Shown: positions 19,833-30,164, numbered from the stretch's first letter. The stretch is DNA of 64,000 nucleotides from Thermoplasmata archaeon (GCA_021792255.1 JAJYUZ010000002.1:288001-352000), one strand, 5' to 3'. Numbers and translations are program-made. Notes: generated from the sequence alone by a model not told the origin.

Positions 19833-21287
19833 ATGGAACTTACCAATGGAGAAAAGAAGCTCATAAAATATCTGACGGGGAAGGGGTATGTCCTAACAGA
19901 CGATCTCTTCAAGGTATATGACAAGAATGAAGTTACGAGTTCCATCTCGTGGTTAAGAGAAAAAAAGATAATCAGCGTCATAGAGAAACCTATCACTTAC
20001 TTTTCCATTGGACCCGAAGGAATTAAGGTAATGGCGTCAGGTCTTCCAGAAGAGAGGCTTCTACAGCTTTACAATTCTGGACAGAGGAAGACGATCGAGC
20101 TGGAAAGCATAATGGGGGACGACTTGAGGTACGGTCTCGCTCAGGTGTTCAAGAACGGAGGAAGGGTGGTGAACGGAGAACTGTTCATCGAGGGAGATCA
20201 AAAGATTCAAGATCAAATCTCGCGGACTAAGCATGCTCTGGAAATGGCAAAGGAAGGAAAGCTGAATAGTCAAGATGCTCAACTCCTCAAGCCCAGGAAG
20301 GGCTTCATCAGCGAGAAAGTGAGGATGGAGAGAACGATCAAGTTGACCGCCTTAGGCGAACAGATTGCACCTGAATTGCTGGAGGAAAGCGAGGAAATTA
20401 GTCAGATTACTCCCGAGATCATAGAGAAGTTCGATTCCAGCATGCGTCTTAGACCCTATGATCCCACCCTATATGCTCCGAGATACCTGCCGGGGAAGAT
20501 ACATCCACTATCGGAATTCATAGAAGAAGTGCGAGCGGTCATGCTGGAGATGGGATTTAAGGAGCTCAAAGGGCAGATAGTAGAGACGGCTTTCTGGAAC
20601 ATGGACATGCTCTTCATTCCACAGGATCATCCTGCTCGGGACATGCAGGATACGCTGTACGTTAAAGGAAATGGTGAGATAGACCCAGTACTCGCAAGAA
20701 AGGTAAAGAGAGTCCACGAAAAGGGAATAGCGGGTTCCAAGGGATGGCAGTATAAATGGTCTAAAAAAGAAGCCGAGAAGCTACTCCTGAGGACACATAC
20801 CACAGTGAATACCATCAGATATATCGTTGAACATCCCGAGGAAGAATGCAAGATATTCTCGGTGGAAAAGATCTTCAGGAGAGAAAATCTGGATGCGAAG
20901 CATCTTGCAGAATTTGCACAAGTCGAGGGAGTAATTTCAGGAAAGGGTGTGACATTCGGGGTGTTAATCGACACTCTTGAGTCGTTCTATCACAGACTCG
21001 GTGTCAAAGACGTGTGGGTCAAACCCAGTTACTTCCCATACACGGAACCTTCGCTAGAAGTTCACGGGACCTTCAGAGGAAAGGACATGGAGCTAGGAGG
21101 TGCGGGGATGTTCAGACCAGAAATTCTAAGACCGTGGGGTATCAAGTACAACGTCGCAGCTTGGGGACTTGGCCTGGAGAGGCTTCTGATGACGGTACTG
21201 AACCTAGAAGATATCAGGGACATATACAGGAATGACCTCTCTTTTCTTAAAGAAAGAAAGATTCTGAAGAATCTGTTCGAAGTCTAG
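19833..21287 (+). CDS. pheS: Phenylalanyl-tRNA synthetase alpha subunit (archaeal)
   Basis: HPARDMQDT, LLRTHTT, FRRE..DAKHLAEF.QVEG, YFPYTEPS, WGLGLERL. Confidence 0.96.
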   Translation: MELTNGEKKLIKYLTGKGYVLTDDLFKVYDKNEVTSSISWLREKKIISVIEKPITYFSIGPEGIKVMASGLPEERLLQLYNSGQRKTIELESIMGDDLRYGLAQVFKNGGRVVNGELFIEGDQKIQDQISRTKHALEMAKEGKLNSQDAQLLKPRKGFISEKVRMERTIKLTALGEQIAPELLEESEEISQITPEIIEKFDSSMRLRPYDPTLYAPRYLPGKIHPLSEFIEEVRAVMLEMGFKELKGQIVETAFWNMDMLFIPQDHPARDMQDTLYVKGNGEIDPVLARKVKRVHEKGIAGSKGWQYKWSKKEAEKLLLRTHTTVNTIRYIVEHPEEECKIFSVEKIFRRENLDAKHLAEFAQVEGVISGKGVTFGVLIDTLESFYHRLGVKDVWVKPSYFPYTEPSLEVHGTFRGKDMELGGAGMFRPEILRPWGIKYNVAAWGLGLERLLMTVLNLEDIRDIYRNDLSFLKERKILKNLFEV

Positions 21288-21880
21288 AGTACGTTTTCAA
21301 GTTCCTTTTGAATTCCTTTCTTCTCTCTCTTTACCTCGTATTTTTCTGAAATTATGTTTCCCAGAACCTTCAGTGCAAGTGCGGGGTACGATGTGGATGG
21401 TAAGGGGAGGTATGCATCCGAATCGGAAGATACTTTCAGGCTCTTTACGTCTACCTTCTCTATGAGCCTCCTTCTCTCCCTTTTGTCAAGTCTCTTGCCT
21501 TTGACAGTTCCCGTCACTCCGGCTCTCTCTAGCTCGACATCAAATATCGGTCTGTCAAAAAGCGTGTATAGGATGTACAGAATTTCCTCTCCTCTTTTTT
21601 CGGCAGGTTCCTTGGATATCTGTTCTCCTATCAGTTCGTAGATGGAAGTTTCGTCCTTCTTCAGAAGAAAATACAGTTTGGAAGGCTTGACGTACTTCTC
21701 CTTCAAAACGCTGAAATCGGCCATTGCCCAGAGATACCCCGTCAGAGCAAGGCGGTGGATTTTTGTCTCATCCTCCATGTTTATTTCCTTGTATATCTCT
21801 GAAATGGACTTACCGTCTCCTCTTAGAATGTCAACAATCCTGTCTTTGAGTAACATTCCCCTCAGGCTACCGTTCGGCAT
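21284..21880 (-). CDS. Archaeal winged-helix DNA-binding protein, coupled downstream of fbp
   Basis: KSISEIYKEI...IHRLALTGYL...KPSKLY wHTH-like N-terminus; start overlaps fbp stop. Confidence 0.6.
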   Translation of the reverse strand: MPNGSLRGMLLKDRIVDILRGDGKSISEIYKEINMEDETKIHRLALTGYLWAMADFSVLKEKYVKPSKLYFLLKKDETSIYELIGEQISKEPAEKRGEEILYILYTLFDRPIFDVELERAGVTGTVKGKRLDKRERRRLIEKVDVKSLKVSSDSDAYLPLPSTSYPALALKVLGNIISEKYEVKREKKGIQKELENVL

Positions 21881-22986
21881 TATAGGTCAACCATTCTAGA
21901 GTGTAACTTCTTCTGTATAGCGGGAAGCATTGTATACTCCATTTCGGGTTCAGGTAGCCTGTGAGGCTCGAACGGGCCATTTCTTCTCATGTAGTCAGTG
22001 ACCTGGACTGCGAGTTGCCTTGCCCCATCAAATGCCTTGTCTCCCAGGAGGTCTGCTGGGCCTATTAGTTTCCCCTCGGCCAGTTGGAATCCCAATCCAA
22101 TCACTCTAGGTGGACCATCGAATCTCGACGGGGTAGCATCTGCGACTGAAACAGGCATCATAGGCCCATTGTGACTCCCTCTCATCCATCCAGAGACCAG
22201 ATGTGGGAATGAAAACGCCTCGAGAATCTCTCCCATTGCAGGTAGGCCAGCCTGTGATCTGAATATGGCTACAGGGTCATCTTTACCAACGTACTTGCCT
22301 GCAATTTCGTGAAGTATGTCTGTACTCACCACAGCAACTGCCTCCTTTGCTAAGCCACTCTTCTCAGACGGAAATACCCTCTTTATAACGTATCTTTCCT
22401 TTGAACCGATGAGGGCCAAGATGTCGTATGTTTCTTCCGGGGTCTTTAGAAAGACCTTCTTGTGATTTATCGTATCCCATATCTCGAAGGTAAAACCATC
22501 GTGCATATTAGGATCGATAACCAGGCCCGGCGTATTGAAAGCGTCGGCGAAAATTTTGAAAACCGGAAGGTTGAATGCACCAGGCTCCGTCTTGTCCATC
22601 ATGAACGCGGCAATTGGCTCACTCTTTCTTTCCTCGAATTCCAGCTCTGCCACTCCTGGTCCCATACCCTTAAGATTTCCTGAGAAAGAATCCTTGAGAA
22701 GGTCTTGGCCCGCACCATAGAGCTTAAGCTTCTTTGCCATTTCCGTAGCCTTCAAAAATGCATCCCATGCAAGACCATGGATAAATTCTGAATCCACGCC
22801 GTTCTTGTGAGTCATGATCAACTGTAAATCGTCTCCAACGGACGTGACGTGATAATCAATAATTTTCGATTGATTCTTGGCCTGTTCTAGGACTAACCTT
22901 GCTTCATCCTTCAGCTGAGGGTGAACTCGCGAATGTCCCGCCAGTCCGCCTACGTCTGCCTTAATCAAACTAACTGTTATCTTCAT
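21880..22986 (-). CDS. fbp: Bifunctional fructose-1,6-bisphosphate aldolase/phosphatase (class V)
   Basis: IKADVGG, GDD, LYGAGQDLL, DKTEPGAFN, YVGKDDP, GWMRGSH, FDGPPRV. Confidence 0.97.
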   Translation of the reverse strand: MKITVSLIKADVGGLAGHSRVHPQLKDEARLVLEQAKNQSKIIDYHVTSVGDDLQLIMTHKNGVDSEFIHGLAWDAFLKATEMAKKLKLYGAGQDLLKDSFSGNLKGMGPGVAELEFEERKSEPIAAFMMDKTEPGAFNLPVFKIFADAFNTPGLVIDPNMHDGFTFEIWDTINHKKVFLKTPEETYDILALIGSKERYVIKRVFPSEKSGLAKEAVAVVSTDILHEIAGKYVGKDDPVAIFRSQAGLPAMGEILEAFSFPHLVSGWMRGSHNGPMMPVSVADATPSRFDGPPRVIGLGFQLAEGKLIGPADLLGDKAFDGARQLAVQVTDYMRRNGPFEPHRLPEPEMEYTMLPAIQKKLHSRMVDL

Positions 22987-23061
22987 AAAGATAAATCACC
23001 CTTGCCAGAGTATATCGCTGTACGCTTACAAATAGTTTCTGAATTATGTCAGTTAAAATTA

Positions 23062-23079
23062 GTAGCGTAGCTACACTAC
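23062..23079. promoter_or_regulatory. Near-perfect 18-bp palindrome upstream of fbp (candidate operator)
   Basis: GTAGCGTAGCTACACTAC vs its reverse complement GTAGTGTAGCTACGCTAC, about 80 bp upstream of the fbp start. Confidence 0.35.
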
Positions 23080-23263
23080 AGCCCTCCGCGCTTTGGCTCC
23101 ATCGTCCATTCATTCTATGATTTTTCTCTTTTACAAAGTCCAAAGCACTGACCAGATATTACATACTCAACAATTTAAAAATAGATAACGGAATAAGCGA
23201 AGTCTCAATTGTATCTATGAAAATGAGCTTAAATCCAAGAGTCTCCCTTTTTCTTCGATCTAG

Positions 23264-24163
23264 TCATTCTTGGATTTCCCGAAGGATCTTCGAAACAGCC
23301 TCTTCGCGAGTAATCTCTTCATCGACGACTTCCCTTGCACATCTCTCTACCAAATTATCCTTCGTTTTCAGAACGGCAAGAATCTCTCTCCTGATTCTCT
23401 CCTTTTCCCTGTTTAGCTCAAGATTTCCTTTGCCCTTCTCGTTCCTTGCCGCATTTATCATTCCTGCAAGTTCCCTTATTCCCTCCCCCGTGAGAGCTGA
23501 AACTTTCACAAAACTATGCTTCTTCGAAAGATCCGGTATGCTGATCGTTTCCATCAGTTCCTTTTCAGCAATTATCGCTTCGGGTTTGTCGGCCTTGTTT
23601 AATACGACAAAATCTCCTATCTCCATCTGTCCCGCCTTGATAGCCTGGACCTGGTCTCCCATTCCGGGTGAAAGAACCATCACGATCTTATCAGAGTAGT
23701 GCAGGATGTCTGTTTCGTCCTGTCCGGTTCCGACAGATTCAACCATGGTCATGGTGAAACCCAGGTAAGAGAGCAGATCAATAGAATCACCAAGTGCGAG
23801 GTTCAACCCTCCAGTCGAGCCGCGTGTCGCCATGCTCCGAACGTATATGTTGTCCGTGCTTTCCAGTCTGAGCCTATTGCCAAGCAGAGATCCTCCACTA
23901 TACGGTGATGTGGCATCGATCATGATGATAGCCAGTTTCTCTTTCTTCGAAAATTCAGTAGATAGCCTCGAAATCAGGGAGCTTTTTCCCACTCCCGGTG
24001 GCCCAGTTATTCCGACCACGTACGTACTGTTTTTCTTCTTTTTTATCTTCTTCAACAGGTCAGAGTAACCGCCACTCCTGTTCTCAATGATCGTGACAAG
24101 TTTCCCAATATCCCTCCTGTCACCACGCTCGGCGGATGAGATAAGCTCAGAGACCTTTGGCAT
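23264..24163 (-). CDS. meaB: MeaB/ArgK G-protein chaperone for B12-dependent mutases
   Basis: GITGPPGVGKSS, SPYSGGSLLGNRLR, RSMATRG, ESVGTGQDE, NKAD. Confidence 0.92.
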   Translation of the reverse strand: MPKVSELISSAERGDRRDIGKLVTIIENRSGGYSDLLKKIKKKKNSTYVVGITGPPGVGKSSLISRLSTEFSKKEKLAIIMIDATSPYSGGSLLGNRLRLESTDNIYVRSMATRGSTGGLNLALGDSIDLLSYLGFTMTMVESVGTGQDETDILHYSDKIVMVLSPGMGDQVQAIKAGQMEIGDFVVLNKADKPEAIIAEKELMETISIPDLSKKHSFVKVSALTGEGIRELAGMINAARNEKGKGNLELNREKERIRREILAVLKTKDNLVERCAREVVDEEITREEAVSKILREIQE

Positions 24164-24189
24164 CCTTTTCCTATCTCTTCAACGGTAAA

Positions 24190-24549
24190 TTACTTTTCTT
24201 TTGTTCCCCGCTTAAATGCCTTCAAAGGAAGCATTACACAGTTTATCCTGCCCGGTGAAATTTTGATTGGAAAATTCTCCACGAATGCAAGCTCGTCCTG
24301 TTCCTTGATCGCACTGATCTCTTTATTCACGGCACTCTCACAGAAGAGATCTGTGGAAACTATTGAGAGGATGCACCCCTCTCCCTGCCAACTCATGTCC
24401 GTTATCCTTCCACCGTCAATTTTTAAGTAGAGGACGATCTTGTCTCCGCAGGTGGTCGAAGCCTCGTCTATTTTGATATCATATCTTTCCATCTTTCCGT
24501 TCTTGACGGGGTTCTGGTATCTGTCCATCACTTCATCATTGTACATCAT
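24190..24549 (-). CDS. sufU: SufU/IscU-type Fe-S scaffold/sulfur-transfer protein
   Basis: CGD, GCILS, RINC (three conserved Cys); follows sufS. Confidence 0.85.
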   Translation of the reverse strand: MMYNDEVMDRYQNPVKNGKMERYDIKIDEASTTCGDKIVLYLKIDGGRITDMSWQGEGCILSIVSTDLFCESAVNKEISAIKEQDELAFVENFPIKISPGRINCVMLPLKAFKRGTKEK

Positions 24550-25798
24550 TCAACTCACTCAATGAATTGACAAATGCCTGTACGTCATCTATCCCATTGT
24601 AGACGTAGAACGAAGCCCTCGCCGTACCTGACACACCCAGAGTTCTCATTAAAGGCTCCGCACAGTGATGACCAGACCTCACGTATACGTTCTTGTCATC
24701 CAGAAAAGTCGCGATGTCGTGAGAATGATAGAGGTGGTCCACTATCACATTTCTGCCCTCGAGATTCTTCTTTAAGTTGGAGACGTCCCTCACATTGAAG
24801 GCTATTACTCCTCCTCTTTCCTCAACGTCCGTAGGGCCATAGTACGTTACATTTTTCAGATCCTCTAGGCTCCTCAGTGTCACCGATGTCAGGTTTTTTT
24901 CGTGACTCCTCACGTTTTCCATCCCGATAGTCTTCAGGTAATCTATTGCGGCAGACAGACCGACTGCACCCTCCACGTTTGGGGTGCCTGCTTCAAATTT
25001 TATCGGAGGATCTTCGAAGATAACGCTATGAAAATCAACGTTTCGTATCATTTCTCCTCCCCTGTTGAAGGGAGACATCTCCTCAAGGAGATGATATTTA
25101 CCATAAAGCACTCCTATGCCCATTGGACCCAGCATCTTGTGCCCCGAAAATGCCACAAAGTCATACTGTTCCCTCATACGGAATGGCATGTGGGGTACGG
25201 ACTGTGCAGCGTCAATGATGAAAATAGAATCGTTCTCTTTTGCCATCTTTCCGATTTCCTCGATCGGGTTTATTGTTCCCAAAACGTTCGACTGGTGGGT
25301 GATCGAAACTATTTTTGTTTCCTTCTTTAGTTTTGATTTCAGATCACCTATGTCGAGATGCCCTTTTTCGTCAAAACCGACGTAATCGAGTTTCACTCCC
25401 TTCTCTTCCAATCTCATCCAGGGAAGTATGTTGCTGTGGTGTTCCATTGAAGTGATGAGAATGTGGTCTCCCTTTTTCAGGGATTCTCCTATGGTGAAGG
25501 AAAGCAGATTTAGACTCTCGGTCGTATTCCTCGTGAAAACGACTTCATTGCTCTTTGAACCTATGAAGTCTGAAACGTTAGTTCTGGAATTCTCGTAAAG
25601 TTCTGTAGCCTCATCCGCTAGCTTGTAAACGGAACGATGCACGTTCGCATTCGCTCCCTCATAGTAGCTGATTATGGCGTCAAGTACCTGCTTGGGTTTC
25701 TGCGTTGTCGCCGTGGAATCAAGATAGACTATGTCCTTTCCGTTTACTTTTTTCTTGAAAATAGGAAAATCTTCTTTCTTTCCGCAGGTATTAGTCAT
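24536..25798 (-). CDS. sufS: Cysteine desulfurase (group II)
   Basis: YLDSTATTQKP, NVHR, FSGHKMLGP, FEAGTP, RSGHHCA. Confidence 0.95.
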   Translation of the reverse strand: MTNTCGKKEDFPIFKKKVNGKDIVYLDSTATTQKPKQVLDAIISYYEGANANVHRSVYKLADEATELYENSRTNVSDFIGSKSNEVVFTRNTTESLNLLSFTIGESLKKGDHILITSMEHHSNILPWMRLEEKGVKLDYVGFDEKGHLDIGDLKSKLKKETKIVSITHQSNVLGTINPIEEIGKMAKENDSIFIIDAAQSVPHMPFRMREQYDFVAFSGHKMLGPMGIGVLYGKYHLLEEMSPFNRGGEMIRNVDFHSVIFEDPPIKFEAGTPNVEGAVGLSAAIDYLKTIGMENVRSHEKNLTSVTLRSLEDLKNVTYYGPTDVEERGGVIAFNVRDVSNLKKNLEGRNVIVDHLYHSHDIATFLDDKNVYVRSGHHCAEPLMRTLGVSGTARASFYVYNGIDDVQAFVNSLSELNDVQ

Positions 25799-26948
25799 TG
25801 CCTATCACTTCTTCCACAATTTGAAGATACTTCCTGGATATATCTTCTGGAAGAGGATAGATAATAGGACTAATAAAGCCTTCTATAACGGCCCTTTTGG
25901 CGGTTTTTAGATCGAGTCCCCTACTCATTAGATACAAAATCTGTTCCTCCGAAATGTTTGAGACCGATTCACCGTGCTTTGCCTTTACCTCGCCGTTAAA
26001 TATCTCCAGGACTGGAAGAGCGTTTCCGACCGCTTCCTTTGTCAGGAGTAGTAGATTTGCCATAAGGAAAGACTCCACGTTCAAGGCCTTCTCCTCAATC
26101 CTTATGAATCCCCTGAAAATCAAAGATGACTTTCCTCCCAGAATTCCCTTGAAGGCCGTGTCGTTCTTTCCATGGACAGCCCTGTGATCCGTGAACACCT
26201 CAAGGTCTAGGTGTTCCTGTTTCTTACCCAAGGCCGCCCCATAATAGCCAGACTCGGCGTGTTCACCGATCTGGACGATCCTGAACCTGGAAATGCTCTT
26301 ATTCCCAGGAAGGGAGAGGTGATGTATCTTCAGGGTGGAGTATCTCTCCATGATTATTGTCCTCTCCAGATAACTTAGCTCCGTGTTTTCTTCATCTTCT
26401 AGCAGGAAATAGTCGAGTGAAGAATTCTCTCCCACTCTTATTACCGTCCCTTGGGACACGGATGAATTACCTGTGACGACAAAATTTTCGAGGATTTTTG
26501 CAGACGAGTTGTTTCCTATGGAATACAGGTTCCTCACGTTGAAATCCCGATCTCCAGTGTGAAGAATATTTATCATCTTGTCGCTCTGGTATTTGTCAGG
26601 AACTCCTAGATAGAAACCGTCATTGAAGTAACCTTGATTGATCGCACTCAGCTTGTCATAACTGTCATTGAAGAGGTCCTCAGCCTTCATAAATCGCTGC
26701 GAAATAGCTTCGCTCACTGAAAGGAATTTAACTGTTCCACCACCAAATAGTCTACACGGAGACCCATTGTGAGTAGTAATATTCCTCTGCATCCCCGGGC
26801 ATCCGGACCTGGTAGATCGCAAGAGAGGAAGTAGATCGTTCTCTTTTAGTGCTGTGTAGCTTTTGACCGACGGAGAATCGTGTTCTGACAAAATGGGAAG
26901 GGAATCGGCTATCTTTTTTTTCTCAGTTATTATATCTTCAAGAGTCAC
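25791..26948 (-). CDS. sufD: Fe-S assembly protein SufD
   Basis: Beta-helix repeats, PVLEI...VKAKHG, YLMSRGL. Confidence 0.88.
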   Translation of the reverse strand: MTLEDIITEKKKIADSLPILSEHDSPSVKSYTALKENDLLPLLRSTRSGCPGMQRNITTHNGSPCRLFGGGTVKFLSVSEAISQRFMKAEDLFNDSYDKLSAINQGYFNDGFYLGVPDKYQSDKMINILHTGDRDFNVRNLYSIGNNSSAKILENFVVTGNSSVSQGTVIRVGENSSLDYFLLEDEENTELSYLERTIIMERYSTLKIHHLSLPGNKSISRFRIVQIGEHAESGYYGAALGKKQEHLDLEVFTDHRAVHGKNDTAFKGILGGKSSLIFRGFIRIEEKALNVESFLMANLLLLTKEAVGNALPVLEIFNGEVKAKHGESVSNISEEQILYLMSRGLDLKTAKRAVIEGFISPIIYPLPEDISRKYLQIVEEVIGND

Positions 26949-29413
26949 CCTACAGCACCGTACTTGTTCATCTCTAATTTCACTAGCTTGTTGAATTCTA
27001 TGGAATATTCAAGCGGTATTTCCTTGAGCACATCGTCAAGGAAACCAAGCACGATCAGTGATCTGGCATCTTCCTCCCTGATTCCTCTGCTCATGAGATA
27101 GTCAACCTGGTCCTCAGAGATCTTGCCCACCGAAGCCTCGTGCGAGAACGACGCACTTTCCTCCAGTATTTCGTTATGGGGGTAAGTGTTGCTCTTCGAT
27201 ATGTCGTCCAGAATGAGGGCATCGCACTGCACAGATGCCTTGGAATTGTAAGCACCAGGATTAATTCTCAACTGTCCCCTGTAGACGGACATTCCACCCT
27301 TGCCGGATATGCTCTTGGCTACCACCTTTGAGCTGGTGTGCGGCGCAGCGTGAACGACTTTTGCACCATTATCTTTCCACACAGGTCCGATTCCAAGGGC
27401 GACGTTGAGATTCGAGGTGCTTGCGTATTCTCCCCTCAAAATTGATGACGGATAAGTCATCGTTATCTTTGAGCCAAGGGAACCCTGTACCCATTCCATC
27501 CTCCCGTTTGCCTCCACCCATGACCTCTTTGTCGGTCCGTTGATGATGTTGTCTGACCAGTTCTGAACCGATGTATATCTTACTTTCCCTCCGTTTTTCA
27601 CATACACTTCAACAATAGCCGCGTGAAGCGAGTATTGACTATAAGTAGGGGCGGTACAATTGTGGACAGCGAATCCCTTCACCAGGTAGGAGTTCTGATT
27701 GCTGACCTCGAGGTTGTAGACCTTGTCCTTGAATCTTTCCCTAATTATCTTTCTTATCGGCACATAAAAATTATTTCCAACCTTCCGTGCCTGTGAGAAT
27801 CGTCCATCTTTTGTGTACTTTAATACGTACACCTTTCTGAGCTTCTTAAAGGAAATATTTGCGAAGAACCCGTTTCTCGCAATAATTTCTTGGAACTGGA
27901 ACGCTAGCAACTCGCTGGAAGTTGACGCCTTAACTGCATCGGATTTTAATGATCCATCAGTGCTATTGGTGCCCCCTTCTCCGATATAATTTTCAAATAG
28001 GATCTTCTGTTTCTCAGGGGGAAGTTCCATGATGACTTTTGAGAGTTTTTTCACCGTGTCTCCATTTCCAACGTGGGTCTGGCATAGATCTATCAGCTTC
28101 TGAGAGTGAGAGGTTACAGTCCATTTACCGTCCGCATTCTCCGATATACTTGCTTCTTCTCCCAAAGATCTTGTGAGTTCATAAAGCTCGGTGGCCATTT
28201 TCCTTTCTTTCGGAGACTTGCCAAAGCTTAAGACGAGCTCTCCTGCCTCCCTTACCTCGTTGTAGCGTATTGATCCCCTGGAAGCATACACACCCAGTAC
28301 TATTAGCAGTTCTGGAGTAAACTTGCTGTCGTCTCGGGATCCGGTAGGAGCAACATAAACGATGAAGTCCCCTTCTTCCAGCTTCTCTGCTCTTATGTAG
28401 TCGGGCTTGGCAGAAATTAGCTTCTGCATCGACAGGACTGACGTCCAGCCATTTCCAAGTTTTCTCGCGGTGACTACTGAAGCTCTCTTTATTGCAAGCA
28501 CTGGATGTTCGACCGTAAGTCTGAATGCATTGCCTCTTGAAGAGGGAACGAACGTTAGCATAGTTCCATCGTAGGGTCTCACGAAAGTTCTGGTTACGTT
28601 TGAGCTTTCTCCCGAGTGCGTCATCACATTCTCGGACACTCCAACTGCGCTAATGGGAACGAACGAGTCACCCTTGCTAACGAGCTCTTCTGCGGGCAAA
28701 CAGCCCTCGATATAATGCACAGACCCTCCTGGTTCAGAAATGATCATCGTCCTTTCAAACTGACCTTCAAGTGCCCCGTTCATTCTAAAGTAGGCCTGGA
28801 CGGGAAGATCGAGATGAACTCCCCTCGGGACGTACAGAAATGAGCCACCAGACCATACTGCCGTGTTCAAAGCAGCAAACTTATTATCCGATGGTGGGAC
28901 CACTTTCCCGAAGTGTTCCCTGACTATATCTGGATGCTTCTGGACGGCGCTATCCATGTCCATGAAGATCACACCTTTGTCTTCCCACTGCTTCTTCAAT
29001 CTTGAGTAGACGCCCTCTGATTGCAGCTGGGCAACGGATCCGGCCAGGTACTTCTTCTCCATCTCCGGTACTCCCAACTTGTCAAAGGTATCTTTTATCT
29101 CTTTGGGGACTTCCTCCCAATTGTTTGCCTTTCTGTCCTCGGGTCTTATATAATAAGTAAGGTCATCAAAATTCAGTTCTGAAAGATCAGGGCCCCAAGT
29201 AGGAACGGGCTTTGAAAAGAATATTTCAAGTGCTTTCAGTCTGATGTTTTTCATCCATTCGGGTTCCTTTTTCTCCCTCGACATCTCCTCTACGACGCTT
29301 CTGCTCAGACCCTTCTGTGCTTGATAAGCTGGTTTCAAATTAGTGGTGAAATCGTACTTAATCTCGTTCAGTTTCTTGACTTCATCAATCTCATCTTCAT
29401 TCAATCTTTGCAC
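26945..29413 (-). CDS. sufB: Fe-S assembly protein SufB containing an intein
   Basis: DNKFAALNTAVWSGGSF, GQFERT, HYIEG|...|CTAP, SVQNWS, HEASVGK. Confidence 0.95.
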   Translation of the reverse strand: MQRLNEDEIDEVKKLNEIKYDFTTNLKPAYQAQKGLSRSVVEEMSREKKEPEWMKNIRLKALEIFFSKPVPTWGPDLSELNFDDLTYYIRPEDRKANNWEEVPKEIKDTFDKLGVPEMEKKYLAGSVAQLQSEGVYSRLKKQWEDKGVIFMDMDSAVQKHPDIVREHFGKVVPPSDNKFAALNTAVWSGGSFLYVPRGVHLDLPVQAYFRMNGALEGQFERTMIISEPGGSVHYIEGCLPAEELVSKGDSFVPISAVGVSENVMTHSGESSNVTRTFVRPYDGTMLTFVPSSRGNAFRLTVEHPVLAIKRASVVTARKLGNGWTSVLSMQKLISAKPDYIRAEKLEEGDFIVYVAPTGSRDDSKFTPELLIVLGVYASRGSIRYNEVREAGELVLSFGKSPKERKMATELYELTRSLGEEASISENADGKWTVTSHSQKLIDLCQTHVGNGDTVKKLSKVIMELPPEKQKILFENYIGEGGTNSTDGSLKSDAVKASTSSELLAFQFQEIIARNGFFANISFKKLRKVYVLKYTKDGRFSQARKVGNNFYVPIRKIIRERFKDKVYNLEVSNQNSYLVKGFAVHNCTAPTYSQYSLHAAIVEVYVKNGGKVRYTSVQNWSDNIINGPTKRSWVEANGRMEWVQGSLGSKITMTYPSSILRGEYASTSNLNVALGIGPVWKDNGAKVVHAAPHTSSKVVAKSISGKGGMSVYRGQLRINPGAYNSKASVQCDALILDDISKSNTYPHNEILEESASFSHEASVGKISEDQVDYLMSRGIREEDARSLIVLGFLDDVLKEIPLEYSIEFNKLVKLEMNKYGAVG
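27659..28702 (-). mobile_element. SufB intein (348 aa) with degenerate LAGLIDADG-type endonuclease region
   Basis: Starts CLPAEE, block B LTVEHP, block F VYNLEV, ends VHN followed by extein C; removal restores YIEGCTAP. Confidence 0.93.
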
Positions 29414-30164
29414 TCATCTCGCCTCCCTTGTAATACTCGTAACCTCTCTCTTCGATCACTTTTGCCAGGTCTCCATTTCCGCTTTCAGCTATCCGGCCAT
29501 TTATCAGGACATGAACGAAATCAGGTTTAATGTAATCGAGAATCCTCTGGTAATGCGTAATTATGATTATTCCTGCGCCATTTTCCTTTGCCCTAGCAAT
29601 CGCTTTTGAAACTACCCTGAGCGCATCAACGTCAAGTCCCGAATCGATTTCGTCCAGTATGATGAACTTCGGTTTGAGAATCAACATTTGGAGGGCTTCC
29701 ATCCTCTTTTTCTCCCCTCCAGACAGGCCATCGTTGAGCCCCCTTTCTATGAATGAGCTATCTAGGCCAAAGTACTTCAGAAGTTCCTTCACTTCTTCAA
29801 CGAACTTCTTGTACTCCAGTTTTTCGTCAGGATGGAGAGAAGAATAAGCCGTCCTCAGATAATTGATGAATCTCAGGCCCTGTACCGAGACGGGTTCCTG
29901 GAATGCCACGAAAAGGCCAGCTCTCGCTCTTTCGTACACCTGGAGATCTTTTAGATTTACTTCATTTATTAAGAGATCGCCGCTGTTCACTTTGTACCTC
30001 ACACTTCCGACCACCGTATGGGCTAGGGTGCTTTTTCCCGTGCCATTGGGTCCCATAAGTGCGTGGACCTCTCCGGATTTGACGGTAATCGTAACGTCCT
30101 TCAGTATTTCCTTGTCTCCTACCGAGACACTCAGGTTCTTTATAATGAGAACATTAGGAACCAT
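29397..30164 (-). CDS. sufC: Fe-S assembly ATPase SufC
   Basis: MGPNGTGKST, AFQEP, LSGGEKKR, DEIDSGLDVDAL, ITHYQRIL. Confidence 0.95.
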   Translation of the reverse strand: MVPNVLIIKNLSVSVGDKEILKDVTITVKSGEVHALMGPNGTGKSTLAHTVVGSVRYKVNSGDLLINEVNLKDLQVYERARAGLFVAFQEPVSVQGLRFINYLRTAYSSLHPDEKLEYKKFVEEVKELLKYFGLDSSFIERGLNDGLSGGEKKRMEALQMLILKPKFIILDEIDSGLDVDALRVVSKAIARAKENGAGIIIITHYQRILDYIKPDFVHVLINGRIAESGNGDLAKVIEERGYEYYKGGEMSAKIE

